This document shows positions 10,670 to 20,567 of a stretch of DNA of 64,000 bases, in pieces. Numbering within the stretch: position 1 is the stretch's first letter; each line of letters begins with the position of its first letter. The position numbers and the translations under genes are program-made. The stretch is from Alphaproteobacteria bacterium (GTDB lineage Bacteria; Pseudomonadota; Alphaproteobacteria; GCA-2731375). The stretch is from contig CBDDPY010000002.1 of assembly GCA_965232515.1 (NCBI GenBank), positions 4,192,001-4,256,000 of the forward strand, read 5' to 3'. The notes under the pieces were generated by a model. It was not told the origin of the DNA, did not search any database, and saw only the letters and a list, made by a program, of their open reading frames with translations.

Positions 10670-11815
10670 CTATCGGCCGGCCGGCCAGAGCCGGTTGAAG
10701 TCGTCGGCAACGGCAGCGGCTTCGGGCCGTCGCTTGCGCAGCAGGCGCCGGACCATCAGGCCCGCCGCCGCGGGCAGATAGCGCCAGCAACGGAGAACAA
10801 ACCGCACGGCCGAAAGCCGCCGCCGGGACAGTCCGCCCTTCAACAGCATCGTTTGAAACAGCAGGCGGGTCGCGTTCTGCCGGACGGCCAGGCGATCGGC
10901 ATTCGTCAGCGAGGCCGCATAACGACGGAAAAAGCCATCCAGCAACCCATCGACAGCCGCGCGACAGTCCTCCGCCTCGCCAAGCGTGATCGGTTGCGGA
11001 TTGTCGCCCCCATGAATCGCGACCAGGCGTGCGACGCCGAGACGATACGCGGCAAGATCCGGAAACAGTCTTTCCAGATATCCGTGCGCGATCGAGGTCG
11101 TCACCGCGAGCTGCATATCCCGCTTGGCGACACCGATCGCCGCCGAACCGCGATGCCACCGCAGCAGGGGTTCGCCGAGCCGAACGCCCCGGCCCCGATC
11201 GAGAATACGGACCCAAAGCTCGTGATCCTGGGCGATGGGAATGGTTTCGTCATAGCTCAGACCGGCATCGCGGACGAGTTCGCCGCGAAACATCACCGTG
11301 GGGTGGATGACCGGCGAATGGAGCAGCAACGTCCAGCGGAACTCGGCATCATCCATCGGCCGGTTCACGAACTCGACCACATTGCCCGACGGATCGACGG
11401 ATACATAGCCCGTCCCGGCCAGCACGACGTCCGGATGGGCATCCATGTAGGCGACCTGGCGCGCGAGGCGTTCGGGATGGGCGACATCGTCCGCATCGAT
11501 GCGCGCGATATAGCGCCCGCGCGTGGCCTTCAGGCCGACGTTGAGCGCTCTCGTGACCCCGAGATTCCGTGCATTGGTGATGACACGAACGCGGGCATCG
11601 GCAATTTCAGCGAGCAACGTCGACGTCGCGTCGGTCGAGCCGTCGTCGACAATGATGAATTCGAAGTCGGTGAAGCTCTGGGCGAGGATGCTCTCGACCG
11701 CCGTCAGTACATGCGCCTCGCCGTTGTGCACCGGCATCAGGACGCTGACCGATGGCACGGTCGCCTTGGCGCCGGTCGCGCCGTCGCGCATTGCACCGTC
11801 ACTGAGCGAATACAT
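10670..11815 (-). CDS. Glycosyltransferase family 2
   Basis: VSVLMPVHNGE, IVDDGSTD, ARIDADD, AQDHELW; closest to 3776..4849. Confidence 0.92.
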   Translation of the reverse strand: MYSLSDGAMRDGATGAKATVPSVSVLMPVHNGEAHVLTAVESILAQSFTDFEFIIVDDGSTDATSTLLAEIADARVRVITNARNLGVTRALNVGLKATRGRYIARIDADDVAHPERLARQVAYMDAHPDVVLAGTGYVSVDPSGNVVEFVNRPMDDAEFRWTLLLHSPVIHPTVMFRGELVRDAGLSYDETIPIAQDHELWVRILDRGRGVRLGEPLLRWHRGSAAIGVAKRDMQLAVTTSIAHGYLERLFPDLAAYRLGVARLVAIHGGDNPQPITLGEAEDCRAAVDGLLDGFFRRYAASLTNADRLAVRQNATRLLFQTMLLKGGLSRRRLSAVRFVLRCWRYLPAAAGLMVRRLLRKRRPEAAAVADDFNRLWPAGR

Positions 11816-11875
11816 GGCGGCACGTTATGCGGGGCTGATCCAGACAGCGTGTGAGCCCGGCCACAGGACCCCCCG

Positions 11876-12784
11876 TCACCCCTTGATGACGTTGGCCAGA
11901 TGCTTGAGCGAGGGGAGGTGGCCGGAGCGTTGGCGGCGCAAATGATAACGCGCGGGCTGGTAGAGCTGCTCGACGGAACGCACCTCGATGTCGCGTATCT
12001 CGTCGGCCTTCACGAAGAACGCATTTACCCCCGCCAGACCGCAACAGACGAGTTCGTAGCCGCGACCCTTCAGCAGCTCGACGAAACATTGCAACGAGGC
12101 GCCCTGATAATCGTCATCGTGCCACGCGTGCCGGTCATTGTAGTCGATAGTGATTTGCATCGGTGGCGGATACTTGGCGTTGTATTCGACGCAGACCACC
12201 CTGGCATCGAGACGCGTGAGCCGCTCCAGCACATAGACATCGTTGCCGTCGATATCGACCGACAGGAAATCGACCGCAAGCGGAAACGTCGTCTCGCCAA
12301 GCGATCGGAAGGCGTCCTCCAGAACGTCGTCGATATTGTCCCGATCGACAAAGGCGTTCGCGACCACCAGCTTGCGGCTGCGCAGGGGCAGGAACCGGGC
12401 GATGAAGTCGGTCTTCTTCTTCGATCCCTCGACCCAGACGCCGCGCCAGTCCTTGAGCAACAGCGCATGCGTGTTGTTCTCCAAACCATCGGAAGCGCCG
12501 ATCTCGCAGAACAGCTTCGACCTGGTGCCGATACGATCGAAGATCTCGGCGACGATACCGTCCTCGTCGTTTTGCGAGTAAATCTTGTGCCCGGACAGCA
12601 CCAGGGATTTGTCGTCTTGGGCGCGAACCCTCTCTTTCAGCCGGTCATATTCCTGCTCGATGGCGATCTGCAGGTTGACGTCCTCGATGATCTGCAGCGT
12701 GCCCTGCAGGACGAAGCGGAAGAATTTCTGCAGCGGTCGGAAGATACGCTTCAATACGTCGATCACGGCAATCACTTTCGGCAA
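11876..12784 (-). CDS. FkbM-like SAM methyltransferase/conserved hypothetical protein
   Basis: YSQNDEDGI, FCEIGASDG.ENNT, LSVDIDGND, VEYN, GVNAFFV. Confidence 0.72.
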   Translation of the reverse strand: MPKVIAVIDVLKRIFRPLQKFFRFVLQGTLQIIEDVNLQIAIEQEYDRLKERVRAQDDKSLVLSGHKIYSQNDEDGIVAEIFDRIGTRSKLFCEIGASDGLENNTHALLLKDWRGVWVEGSKKKTDFIARFLPLRSRKLVVANAFVDRDNIDDVLEDAFRSLGETTFPLAVDFLSVDIDGNDVYVLERLTRLDARVVCVEYNAKYPPPMQITIDYNDRHAWHDDDYQGASLQCFVELLKGRGYELVCCGLAGVNAFFVKADEIRDIEVRSVEQLYQPARYHLRRQRSGHLPSLKHLANVIKG

Positions 12785-12814
12785 TTTCGATCGGCAATAT
12801 GGCCCGACATCTGG

Positions 12815-13942
12815 TCAGCGACCAGCCGCGGCAGCGAGGAAGCGGGACGCGGGCTCGGCATAGGCATCGGGCGCGAAACGGGCCGAGATCGCCGGCGGCA
12901 CGCTGGCCGCGCGCAGGTCGCGGACCGCCGGCGACGACAGAAATCCGACCCAGTCATCGGCCTCGTCCAACCAGACGACGCCCTCGGTCCCGGGCAGGTC
13001 CAGGCCGCGTCCGGCGAAGCGGGTGGCGACGGTGGGCATGCCGTTGTAGAGCATCTCGGCAAACTTCACGTTGACCCCGGCGCCCGAGAAGATCGGACAG
13101 ATCATGATGTCGCAGGCGGCCCAGACGTCCCGGATCTCGGGCACGAAGCCGTGCCGGACGACACGGTCGTCGTCGAAGCGCATGGCCTCGCTGCCCTGGC
13201 CGAACAGATGCAGGCGCACGTTGCCGGGCAACCGTGGCAGCACCCGAACGACAAACCAGTCGAGCCCTTCGCGGTTCGGCCAATGGCTCCATTTCGACAG
13301 AAAACCGATATCCAGATCCAGCTTCGATGCCGGCGGCACGCGGCGGGCATGGGGCCGGTAGGCAAAGACCGGGGGCAGATGCAGCACGCGCGCGTCCGGC
13401 GCCTGATCGAGGATGTAGGCGCGGTCGTCGCTGGAAATGGTGATGATGCCGTCGGCGCGTCGAAAAACGCGATGCTCGAATTCGGCGAACTTGCCGACGT
13501 CGCGGTCATACCAGCGGCGGTAAAGCGCGTATTCGAGGCCCAGGTTTTCGACACTCAGCGCGTGCAGCCTGCTCTCGATGTTGTGGGATATGAGCACCAC
13601 CGGCGTTTCGGCCGCGAGCTCGTCGATAATCCAGGCCGCCGGCAGATAGTTGACGAGCACGAGGTCGATACCATCGCCGCGGATGTCGGCCCGCACCCGC
13701 TCGGCAAGAGACCGCGAACGATAATACGCCATCGACGCGGGCAGCGCGGGGTCCGCGCCAAGGGTCAGGCGATACAGGCGTTTCAGCTTGCGCAGACCGG
13801 CCGGCGCCTCGCCGCAGCCGAGATAGTCGATCCGAGCGTTGATGGGCGGCGCCCGCAACACGTCCAGCACGCCCTGCGAATAGGCCGCGCCACCGCCCTT
13901 CTGGCCGGCGAGATCGACTGTCGAAAGGCAGAGAATACGCAT
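12815..13942 (-). CDS. Glycosyltransferase family 4
   Basis: True start MRILCLS at 13942 (upstream part of the 785-aa ORF is antisense to the ASST gene); HNIE, WPNREGLDWF, CPIFSGAGVNVKFAE. Confidence 0.85.
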   Translation of the reverse strand: MRILCLSTVDLAGQKGGGAAYSQGVLDVLRAPPINARIDYLGCGEAPAGLRKLKRLYRLTLGADPALPASMAYYRSRSLAERVRADIRGDGIDLVLVNYLPAAWIIDELAAETPVVLISHNIESRLHALSVENLGLEYALYRRWYDRDVGKFAEFEHRVFRRADGIITISSDDRAYILDQAPDARVLHLPPVFAYRPHARRVPPASKLDLDIGFLSKWSHWPNREGLDWFVVRVLPRLPGNVRLHLFGQGSEAMRFDDDRVVRHGFVPEIRDVWAACDIMICPIFSGAGVNVKFAEMLYNGMPTVATRFAGRGLDLPGTEGVVWLDEADDWVGFLSSPAVRDLRAASVPPAISARFAPDAYAEPASRFLAAAAGR

Positions 13943-14329
13943 GCCGAGCACATCCGCCAGCGGATCGAGACACCCTTGGCAAGCCGGCGGACGCCGCCGC
14001 GCCGGGAGGCCGAAAGCCCTGCATAACCGCTTTCGGCGGCACGCGCCAGACCCGCCGGAGCGGGAATAGCGGGTCGCCGTCAGATCAATTTGTGAGATCC
14101 GTGACGCGATGTTGTCACAGTACGGACGCGCAATATCGCGTTCTAATTCACGACATTGACAGGAAAGCCGGGCAGGTCGGCGGTCGAGCGCGCGTGACGT
14201 CTGATCTGGTCGAGGCGGCGTGCCGCCGGACGACGCACCGACGATCGTGCCCGACACGCGTAGGACGCCCGGCTCGACAGTCCCCGTCACGATGACGACC
14301 GGTGCGGACGTCCGGAGAGGGAGACGTGG

Positions 14330-15736
14330 ATGATGGCTGACCGGTTGGCGCGGCTGGCGTTCTGGCTCTCGCTGTGTGTCGCCGCCTTCGCTTATGGCGT
14401 CGCCGTCGTCGGCTTCCAGATCTTTCCCTATGCGTTCGTCCGATCGACGTTCGTTACGCTTGGCGAGATAAAGCAACACGTCACCGCGAAGAATGTCGGC
14501 GCGTTTCTGAAATTCTCTGACATCGAACGGCTGAACGCGGCGTCCGAACGCATTCAGCCGGTGCGTGACGCCGAGACCGACGATGGCTTTCTGTTCTTCG
14601 GCGGCCAGTTTCAGTTCATGGAGCACTGCCCCGAACGGGGCTGCCTCGCGGTCATCTATTCGCGGTCCGGCGAACTGGTCGAGGCCTATCCCTACCGGCC
14701 GCGCGACATCTTCGAGAGCAACGAAGCGACCGGCTTTCCCTACGAGACGATCTTTTTCGACTTCAGCCGGCATTCCAATCCGCTGGGCATCGAACGCTAT
14801 GCCAACGGCGACCTGCTGGCGGTGTTCCAGGGCCAATTCGTCTTTCCGTTCGGCACCGGCGTCGCGCGCGTCGACCGGGACGGCCGCCCCGTCTGGTTCC
14901 GCTGGGACTACAGCCACCACTGGCCGACGCTGAATGCCGACGAGCAGGCGATCGTGCCCGGTACGCAGATCGGCGACGCGCCCGTGGCCGTGAAGATGCC
15001 GGGCTGGGGCTTCCGCCTGCAATGCAAGAGCGGGCATCCCTATCGCGACACGCTGAAGGTCCTCGATCCCGACGGCGAGATGCGCCGCGAGATATTCGTG
15101 CTGGACGCGCTGCTGGCCTCGCCTTACCGCGCCGTGCTGAAGCAGTCGACGGATCCCTGCGATCCGACGCACCTGAACTATGCGCAGCAGGTGTCGGACG
15201 ACCTTGCCGCCAACATCGACGGCGTCGCGGCCGGCGACTTCCTGGTCTCGCTACGGAACATCAGCGCCTTCGGCTTCATCGACGGCGCGGACGGGCGCCT
15301 GAAACGCCTGGTGCGCGGCACCTTCATCCAGCAGCACAGCGTGCAGCACCTGCGGGGCACCCAGTTCCTGATGTTTGACAACCTGGGCGCCGACGCCGAG
15401 GGCGGCCCGTCGCGGCTGCTGCTGGTCGACCTGTCGAGCGGCGCCGAGACGACGATTTTCCCAAACGCGCGCACGCCCGAGGCATTCCGGTCCATGTTCT
15501 CGGCAACCGGCGGACACGTCACGGTGTCGCCGGACCGCCGACGCGCGATCATCGCCTATACGCGCGCCGGCAAGGCGTTCGAGATCCGCCTGTCGGACGG
15601 CGCCGTCCTGACCGCGTTCAACAATCTTCACGACGTCGCCAGGGTCGACGAACTGTCGGACAAACGCGCGCAGTTTGCCGCCGTCTTCCGCACCTACGGC
15701 ATCGATTACGTCCAGATGAGGAGACAAGTGCAATGA
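14330..15736 (+). CDS. Arylsulfotransferase (ASST)-like beta-propeller protein, N-terminally membrane-anchored
   Basis: N-terminal TM; SHH, THLN, SLRN and QQH segments match the ASST His/His-x-Asn/Arg/His catalytic pattern; FDN motif; GGAGAGGGAG RBS. Confidence 0.75.
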   Translation: MMADRLARLAFWLSLCVAAFAYGVAVVGFQIFPYAFVRSTFVTLGEIKQHVTAKNVGAFLKFSDIERLNAASERIQPVRDAETDDGFLFFGGQFQFMEHCPERGCLAVIYSRSGELVEAYPYRPRDIFESNEATGFPYETIFFDFSRHSNPLGIERYANGDLLAVFQGQFVFPFGTGVARVDRDGRPVWFRWDYSHHWPTLNADEQAIVPGTQIGDAPVAVKMPGWGFRLQCKSGHPYRDTLKVLDPDGEMRREIFVLDALLASPYRAVLKQSTDPCDPTHLNYAQQVSDDLAANIDGVAAGDFLVSLRNISAFGFIDGADGRLKRLVRGTFIQQHSVQHLRGTQFLMFDNLGADAEGGPSRLLLVDLSSGAETTIFPNARTPEAFRSMFSATGGHVTVSPDRRRAIIAYTRAGKAFEIRLSDGAVLTAFNNLHDVARVDELSDKRAQFAAVFRTYGIDYVQMRRQVQ

Positions 15737-15978
15737 GATGTCTTTCCGTCCTCGCGCTCACGGCCGGGCTGCTGCTGGCGGCCGCCGAGGCGCAGGCCTA
15801 TATCGGACCCGGCGCCGGGCTGTCGGCGATCGGCGCGGTGATCGCCGTGGTCGCCGCCATGATGCTGGCCGTGGTCGGCTTCGTCTGGTACCCGGTCAAG
15901 CGGCTGATGCGGCGGCGCGGCGCCGCCAAGAGCGACGCGGCCAAGAACGCCCCGCAACAGGCAAACGCTGATCGATGA
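15733..15978 (+). CDS. Small membrane protein: signal peptide + YIGPG motif + TM + basic tail
   Basis: ATGA overlaps on both sides; AQA|YIGPGAGL, hydrophobic stretch, KRLMRRR. Confidence 0.75.
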   Translation: MRCLSVLALTAGLLLAAAEAQAYIGPGAGLSAIGAVIAVVAAMMLAVVGFVWYPVKRLMRRRGAAKSDAAKNAPQQANADR

Positions 15979-16343
15979 TCATTGCGGCCGCGATCCTGGC
16001 CGTGGCGCTGTTCGTCGTCGCCTTCCGCATGGCGGGGATCGTGCCGATCGCGGCCGATGTCGTGAGCGTGTCGCGCCGGGCCGCGGCGGTGATCGCCGAC
16101 AGCAGCCTTGACGACGATGCCAAGGAACGGCAGATCCGGGCGGCCTCGAAGGGCTTGATGGTCAGCTTCCTGCAGATCTGCCTGCGGACGGGGGTCGTTC
16201 TGGCCGTACCGGCGATCTGCCTCTATGCCGCGTCGCTTGCCGGCCTGATCGAACTGACCGCGGTCAGCGAGACGCTGCTTCGGTGGGAGTTTATCCTGCT
16301 CAGCACCGTCGCCATCGTCGTGGTCAGCATCGTCTGGCGATGA
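15975..16343 (+). CDS. Hypothetical membrane protein (about 3 TM)
   Basis: ATGA-coupled on both sides; hydrophobic segments, LDDDAKE loop. Confidence 0.75.
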   Translation: MIIAAAILAVALFVVAFRMAGIVPIAADVVSVSRRAAAVIADSSLDDDAKERQIRAASKGLMVSFLQICLRTGVVLAVPAICLYAASLAGLIELTAVSETLLRWEFILLSTVAIVVVSIVWR

Positions 16344-17428
16344 GCTTCGCCCACGGCTTCTCCGGCCTCGACCGGTTTCTGCACCGGCTGGCGTTCAACG
16401 GCACCGGTTTGCAGATGGCGGTGGCGGATATCGAGGACCGGCTCTATGCCGGGCGCTACGCCGAGATCGCCGTCGACCGGCCGGTCTTCGTTACCTCGCT
16501 GCCGCGCGCCGGCACGACGCTGCTGCTGGAAGTGCTGGCGGCTCACCCTGACTTCGCGACGCATACCTATCGCGAGATGCCGTTCGTGCTCTGCCCGCTA
16601 ATGTGGCATGCGGTGTCGCGGTCGTTTCGACAGGCCGGCGGCGCGCGCGAACGCGCGCACGGCGACGGCATGACCGTGGACTACGACAGCGTCGAGGCCT
16701 TCGAGGAAATTCTCTGGCGCGCGTTCTGGCCGAAAAAATATGCCGCCGACCGGATCGCGCTTTGGGACGGGGACGACATCGCGGCCGACGATGAGTTCGG
16801 CCCGTTCCTCGCCAACCATATCCGCAAGCTGATCGCGCTCAGGCGACGGGACGGCCTTGCGCCCAGCCGCTATGCATCGAAGAACAACGCCAACATCGCC
16901 CGGCTGCCGGCGCTGGCGCGGCTGTTCCCCGACGCGGTGATCCTGATCCCGTTCCGCAATCCCGTCGACCATGCCGGTTCGATGCTGCGTCAGCACCGGA
17001 ACTTCACGAAGATCCACGGCGAGGACGCCTTCGCCCGACGCTACATGCAGGGCATCGGGCATCTGGAGTTCGGCGAGGCGCTGTGCCCGATCGACTTCGG
17101 CGGCTGGCTGGACCGGAGCGACCTGGCGCCGGCGGACAGTGCGGACTACTGGCTGGCCTATTGGTGCGCGGCCTTCGAGCACGTGCTGGAGGCGCGGCCG
17201 GCCGGCGCGCATCTCGTGAGCTACGACGCCACTTGCCGGGCCGCCACGGGCGCGCTCGGCAGGATCGCCGATGAAATCGGGCTCGACGACCCGGCGCCTC
17301 TAATGTGCCAGGCCTGCAGGTTCCGGCCGCCGGTTGGTTATGACGCCGGCGACCTGGGCGGCAGCCGGGCGCTCGTCGAACGGGCCTTTGCCATCCATGA
17401 TCGGTTGCGCGACGCCGCCATCGGCTAG
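16340..17428 (+). CDS. Sulfotransferase
   Basis: PVFVTSLPRAGTTLL, RAHGDG, YASKNN, FRNPVDHA.S; ATG 16340 overlaps the previous TGA. Confidence 0.85.
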   Translation: MSFAHGFSGLDRFLHRLAFNGTGLQMAVADIEDRLYAGRYAEIAVDRPVFVTSLPRAGTTLLLEVLAAHPDFATHTYREMPFVLCPLMWHAVSRSFRQAGGARERAHGDGMTVDYDSVEAFEEILWRAFWPKKYAADRIALWDGDDIAADDEFGPFLANHIRKLIALRRRDGLAPSRYASKNNANIARLPALARLFPDAVILIPFRNPVDHAGSMLRQHRNFTKIHGEDAFARRYMQGIGHLEFGEALCPIDFGGWLDRSDLAPADSADYWLAYWCAAFEHVLEARPAGAHLVSYDATCRAATGALGRIADEIGLDDPAPLMCQACRFRPPVGYDAGDLGGSRALVERAFAIHDRLRDAAIG

Positions 17429-17686
17429 CCGGACTTTCTCGCCCCCATCATCCTCAAACCATCTGACGTCAAGTCCGGACGCTAGAACAAACGGCTGACT
17501 TACCCAACAAATACGCCAGATTTCGCCCGAAGCCGTGGTGTGAAATAGATCATTCCGCGAATAAGTGGAAAGAAATAATACTGAATCGATTCACTTTGTT
17601 CGCGAATTTGTTACACATTCATCACATACATCTTTACCTGAAACAGAGATACTTTTGCAATAGTAACGAACACTGTAAGTTGTAAA

Positions 17687-18793
17687 ATGACGAGTAACAT
17701 CTCCCAACTCAACGGCGCAACAGCCGCCAGCAAGTCATTGCCTCTTCAGGCTGGCGCGCAATATCCATCGCTCCTGCCCCGGCAACTTAAGGTCTGGTTG
17801 CCGTATGTGCATACCGGCAGCGGCAGTGATGTCTATACCGAGCGGCTGGCCGCTGGATTGCAGGCGGCGGGCCACGAGGCCGTGCTGACGCCCGTGGACC
17901 GGCGCTGGCAATATCTGCCCTGGCGCTACATGTCGGTGCCAGAGCCGATCGATGCCGATATTACGGTCGCAAATCTAGATGCCGGATTCGCCTTCCGGCG
18001 CCCTGGCACCAAACTGGTCCTGGTCGATCATCACTGCGTCTTCGATCCGGCCTTCGCGCCTTATCGCAGCCGCAAGCAGGCGTTGGTGCACGAAACGTTG
18101 CTGCGGCACATAGATCGGAAAAGCCTGAGTGTCTGCGACGCCCTGGTGGCCGTGAGCGCCTATACGGCACGCAGCCTGCAGGCCGCGCTGGGCGGACCGG
18201 CGGCGTCGGTGATCTTGAACGGTATCGAGACGGATTACTTCAAGCCGGCCGAACCGCCACGTCGGCGCGCGCCCGACCAACCCTTCGGCCTGCTGTTCGT
18301 CGGCAATCTGAGCCGACGCAAGGGCGCCGATATGCTGCCGGCAATCATGGCGCGGCTGGGGCCGGGCTTCGAGTTGCGGTACACGCTGGGCTTGCGCTCG
18401 GACGATCCATTCGCGGATGTCGCCGGCATGCGCAAGTTGGGCCGGCTATCTCAAGACGAGTTGCTGGCGGCCTATCGGGAGGCCGACCTGTTGCTGTTTC
18501 CGTCGCGCCTCGAGGGATTTGGCTATGCCGCGGCCGAAGCCATGGCCTGCGGCACGCCGGCCGTCGTCGCAGACAGCTCGGCCCTGCCAGAGTTGATTGA
18601 CGACGGCGTTGATGGAGTGCTCTGCCCGGTCGATGACATCGATGCATTCGTCGACGCCGTCAAAAAGCTGGCCGCCGACCCGGACAGGCTGACGGACATG
18701 GGCCGCCGAGCGCGGGTGAAGGCCGTCGACAAGTTCAGCCTCGGCGCCATGACGTCGCAATACGTGAACCTGTTCGAACGGCTGTTGCGCTAA
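17687..18793 (+). CDS. Glycosyltransferase family 4
   Basis: ILNGIE, VGNLSRRKG, EGFGYAAAEAMACGTP; start position uncertain. Confidence 0.9.
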   Translation: MTSNISQLNGATAASKSLPLQAGAQYPSLLPRQLKVWLPYVHTGSGSDVYTERLAAGLQAAGHEAVLTPVDRRWQYLPWRYMSVPEPIDADITVANLDAGFAFRRPGTKLVLVDHHCVFDPAFAPYRSRKQALVHETLLRHIDRKSLSVCDALVAVSAYTARSLQAALGGPAASVILNGIETDYFKPAEPPRRRAPDQPFGLLFVGNLSRRKGADMLPAIMARLGPGFELRYTLGLRSDDPFADVAGMRKLGRLSQDELLAAYREADLLLFPSRLEGFGYAAAEAMACGTPAVVADSSALPELIDDGVDGVLCPVDDIDAFVDAVKKLAADPDRLTDMGRRARVKAVDKFSLGAMTSQYVNLFERLLR

Positions 18794-19119
18794 CCCGGGT
18801 ATCTGACCCCATCGCAGACTGCGCGGCGTCGCCGCCCTCAATCGCAGTCGCAATACGCGTTTCGGCCCGCTGGCGACGGATCTGACGCCCGCGCACCACA
18901 TTTACGGCAAAAATGGGCGATGCCGCAGATGCCGCATCGCCGTGCAGCGGGCGTCCAGATATTGCCCACGCGCCGTATCGCGGATTAACCGCCGCGGAAC
19001 CGAACTCAGAGTAGTGTCGACCATGATCCGGTGGTAAGCATTCAGGCAGCGTCATTCCGGCAACCCGGCGGCAGACCGGCAACTTCCCCGGCTTCTTATC
19101 GCCCCAGTCGAGTTCCAGC

Positions 19120-20451
19120 ATGATCGAACGAGTACGTCGCCGGCTACGCGGTGAGATCGCGCGAGGCGCAGTCGGCACCTTCGGGCTTAAGGGCGTTCAA
19201 ACCGGCCTGATGTTTGTGATCAGCCTGCTGCTCGCGCGACTGCTCGGCGCGGAGGGCTATGGCGCCTACTCCTTCGCGATGTCATGGGCGATGCTGCTGC
19301 TTGTGCCCGCCCTGTTCGGCACTCAGCCGCTTCTTATCCGGTCGATGGCCACCTACCGAAGCACGCAAGAATGGGGCTCGCTCAAAGGAATCCTGAGTTG
19401 GTCCAAGCAATGGGTGCTGGTGGCGTCGCTCGTCATAACAGGCGCAGCATCGCTGACCTTCTGGATCATCGCCGACCGTCTTGAGCCGGGACTGGCGATA
19501 ACCACCGTTGTCGCTTTGGCAATGGTGCCGCTGACGGCGCGGCAGCGTGTCCTGCAAGCGGCAATGCAAGGACTTCAGCATGTCGTCAAAAGCCAGGTTC
19601 CGGAGATGCTCATTCGGCCGACGCTGTTTGCCTTGCTCCTGGCCGTTGGATTTTCGTTCGCCGGCGATTGGATGTCTGCGTCCGTGGCGGCCGCTCTTCG
19701 AACGGCCGCGGCGGCCGTCGCGCTCGTTGTGACCGTTGTCGCCTATCGGCGGGTTTTACCCGCTGACATCCACAACGTCCCGGCGCGGCAGAGGGGGAAG
19801 ACCTGGATAACTACAGCGCTGCCGCTTCTCTGGATCAACGGGATCACCGTGTTCAATGCCCAGATCGGCATTATCCTGGTGGGTATCCTGAAAGGCGTCG
19901 AGTTTACCGGGATCTACAACATCGCTTTCGTGATTTCCGGCTTAATCGGCTTCGCCTTGGTGTCCATAAATGCACCGTTGGGCCCAATGAGCTCGAGGCT
20001 TCACGCCGAGGACAATCTGACGAAGCTTCAGAGCCTGACCACCAAGGGAGCCCGTACCGCTTTCCTGATTGCGGCCGTGCTGACGATTGCTTTTGCCATT
20101 GCCGGTAAGTGGCTGCTGTCGATCGTCGGACCGGAGTTCGTCTCCGGCTACGACGCGCTGCTGGTACTGGCGATCGGACAAATTGTCGTCGCGGGCCTGG
20201 GCTCGGCAGGCGTTCTGCTTGTCATGACCGGCGATCAGGACGGCGTCGCCATCGTCGGTACGGTCGGAATGGCGGTGAGTTTCTCGCTCTATATGCTGCT
20301 GATCCCCCGCTACGGGATCGACGGCGCGGCGATGGCCGCCGTGTCCGGCAGCTGCTTTACCGCCACGATACTTTGCTTTCGCCTGCATCGCCGCCTTGGC
20401 ATCGACTCGACCGTCCTCGGCTTTTATCGCCGCCATCTGCACAGGGCGTAA
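19120..20451 (+). CDS. Wzx-like oligosaccharide flippase (MOP/PST family)
   Basis: About 12 TM; LARLLGAEGYGAYS, GIYNIA, LIPRYGIDGAAMA. Confidence 0.88.
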   Translation: MIERVRRRLRGEIARGAVGTFGLKGVQTGLMFVISLLLARLLGAEGYGAYSFAMSWAMLLLVPALFGTQPLLIRSMATYRSTQEWGSLKGILSWSKQWVLVASLVITGAASLTFWIIADRLEPGLAITTVVALAMVPLTARQRVLQAAMQGLQHVVKSQVPEMLIRPTLFALLLAVGFSFAGDWMSASVAAALRTAAAAVALVVTVVAYRRVLPADIHNVPARQRGKTWITTALPLLWINGITVFNAQIGIILVGILKGVEFTGIYNIAFVISGLIGFALVSINAPLGPMSSRLHAEDNLTKLQSLTTKGARTAFLIAAVLTIAFAIAGKWLLSIVGPEFVSGYDALLVLAIGQIVVAGLGSAGVLLVMTGDQDGVAIVGTVGMAVSFSLYMLLIPRYGIDGAAMAAVSGSCFTATILCFRLHRRLGIDSTVLGFYRRHLHRA

Positions 20452-20567
20452 TCAAGAGTCCAAACGACACGGAAATGCCGACGCATGGATCAAGTCTTGA
20501 CCGGAACAGCGACAGATCTGGTTTGAACGACATATCTGCATGCTAAACCTTAGGGCGTCATACAATT

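Noticed and set aside
13943-15172. N-terminal 410 aa of the 785-aa ORF as a GT fusion
   Set aside because: Antisense to the ASST gene; the paralogue at 27320 shows the real start is MRILCLS
17560-17686. Sigma-54 promoter in the AT-rich region before the GT4 gene
   Set aside because: TTGCA is present but there is no GG at the -24 position; probably a promoter region but no specific site can be supported
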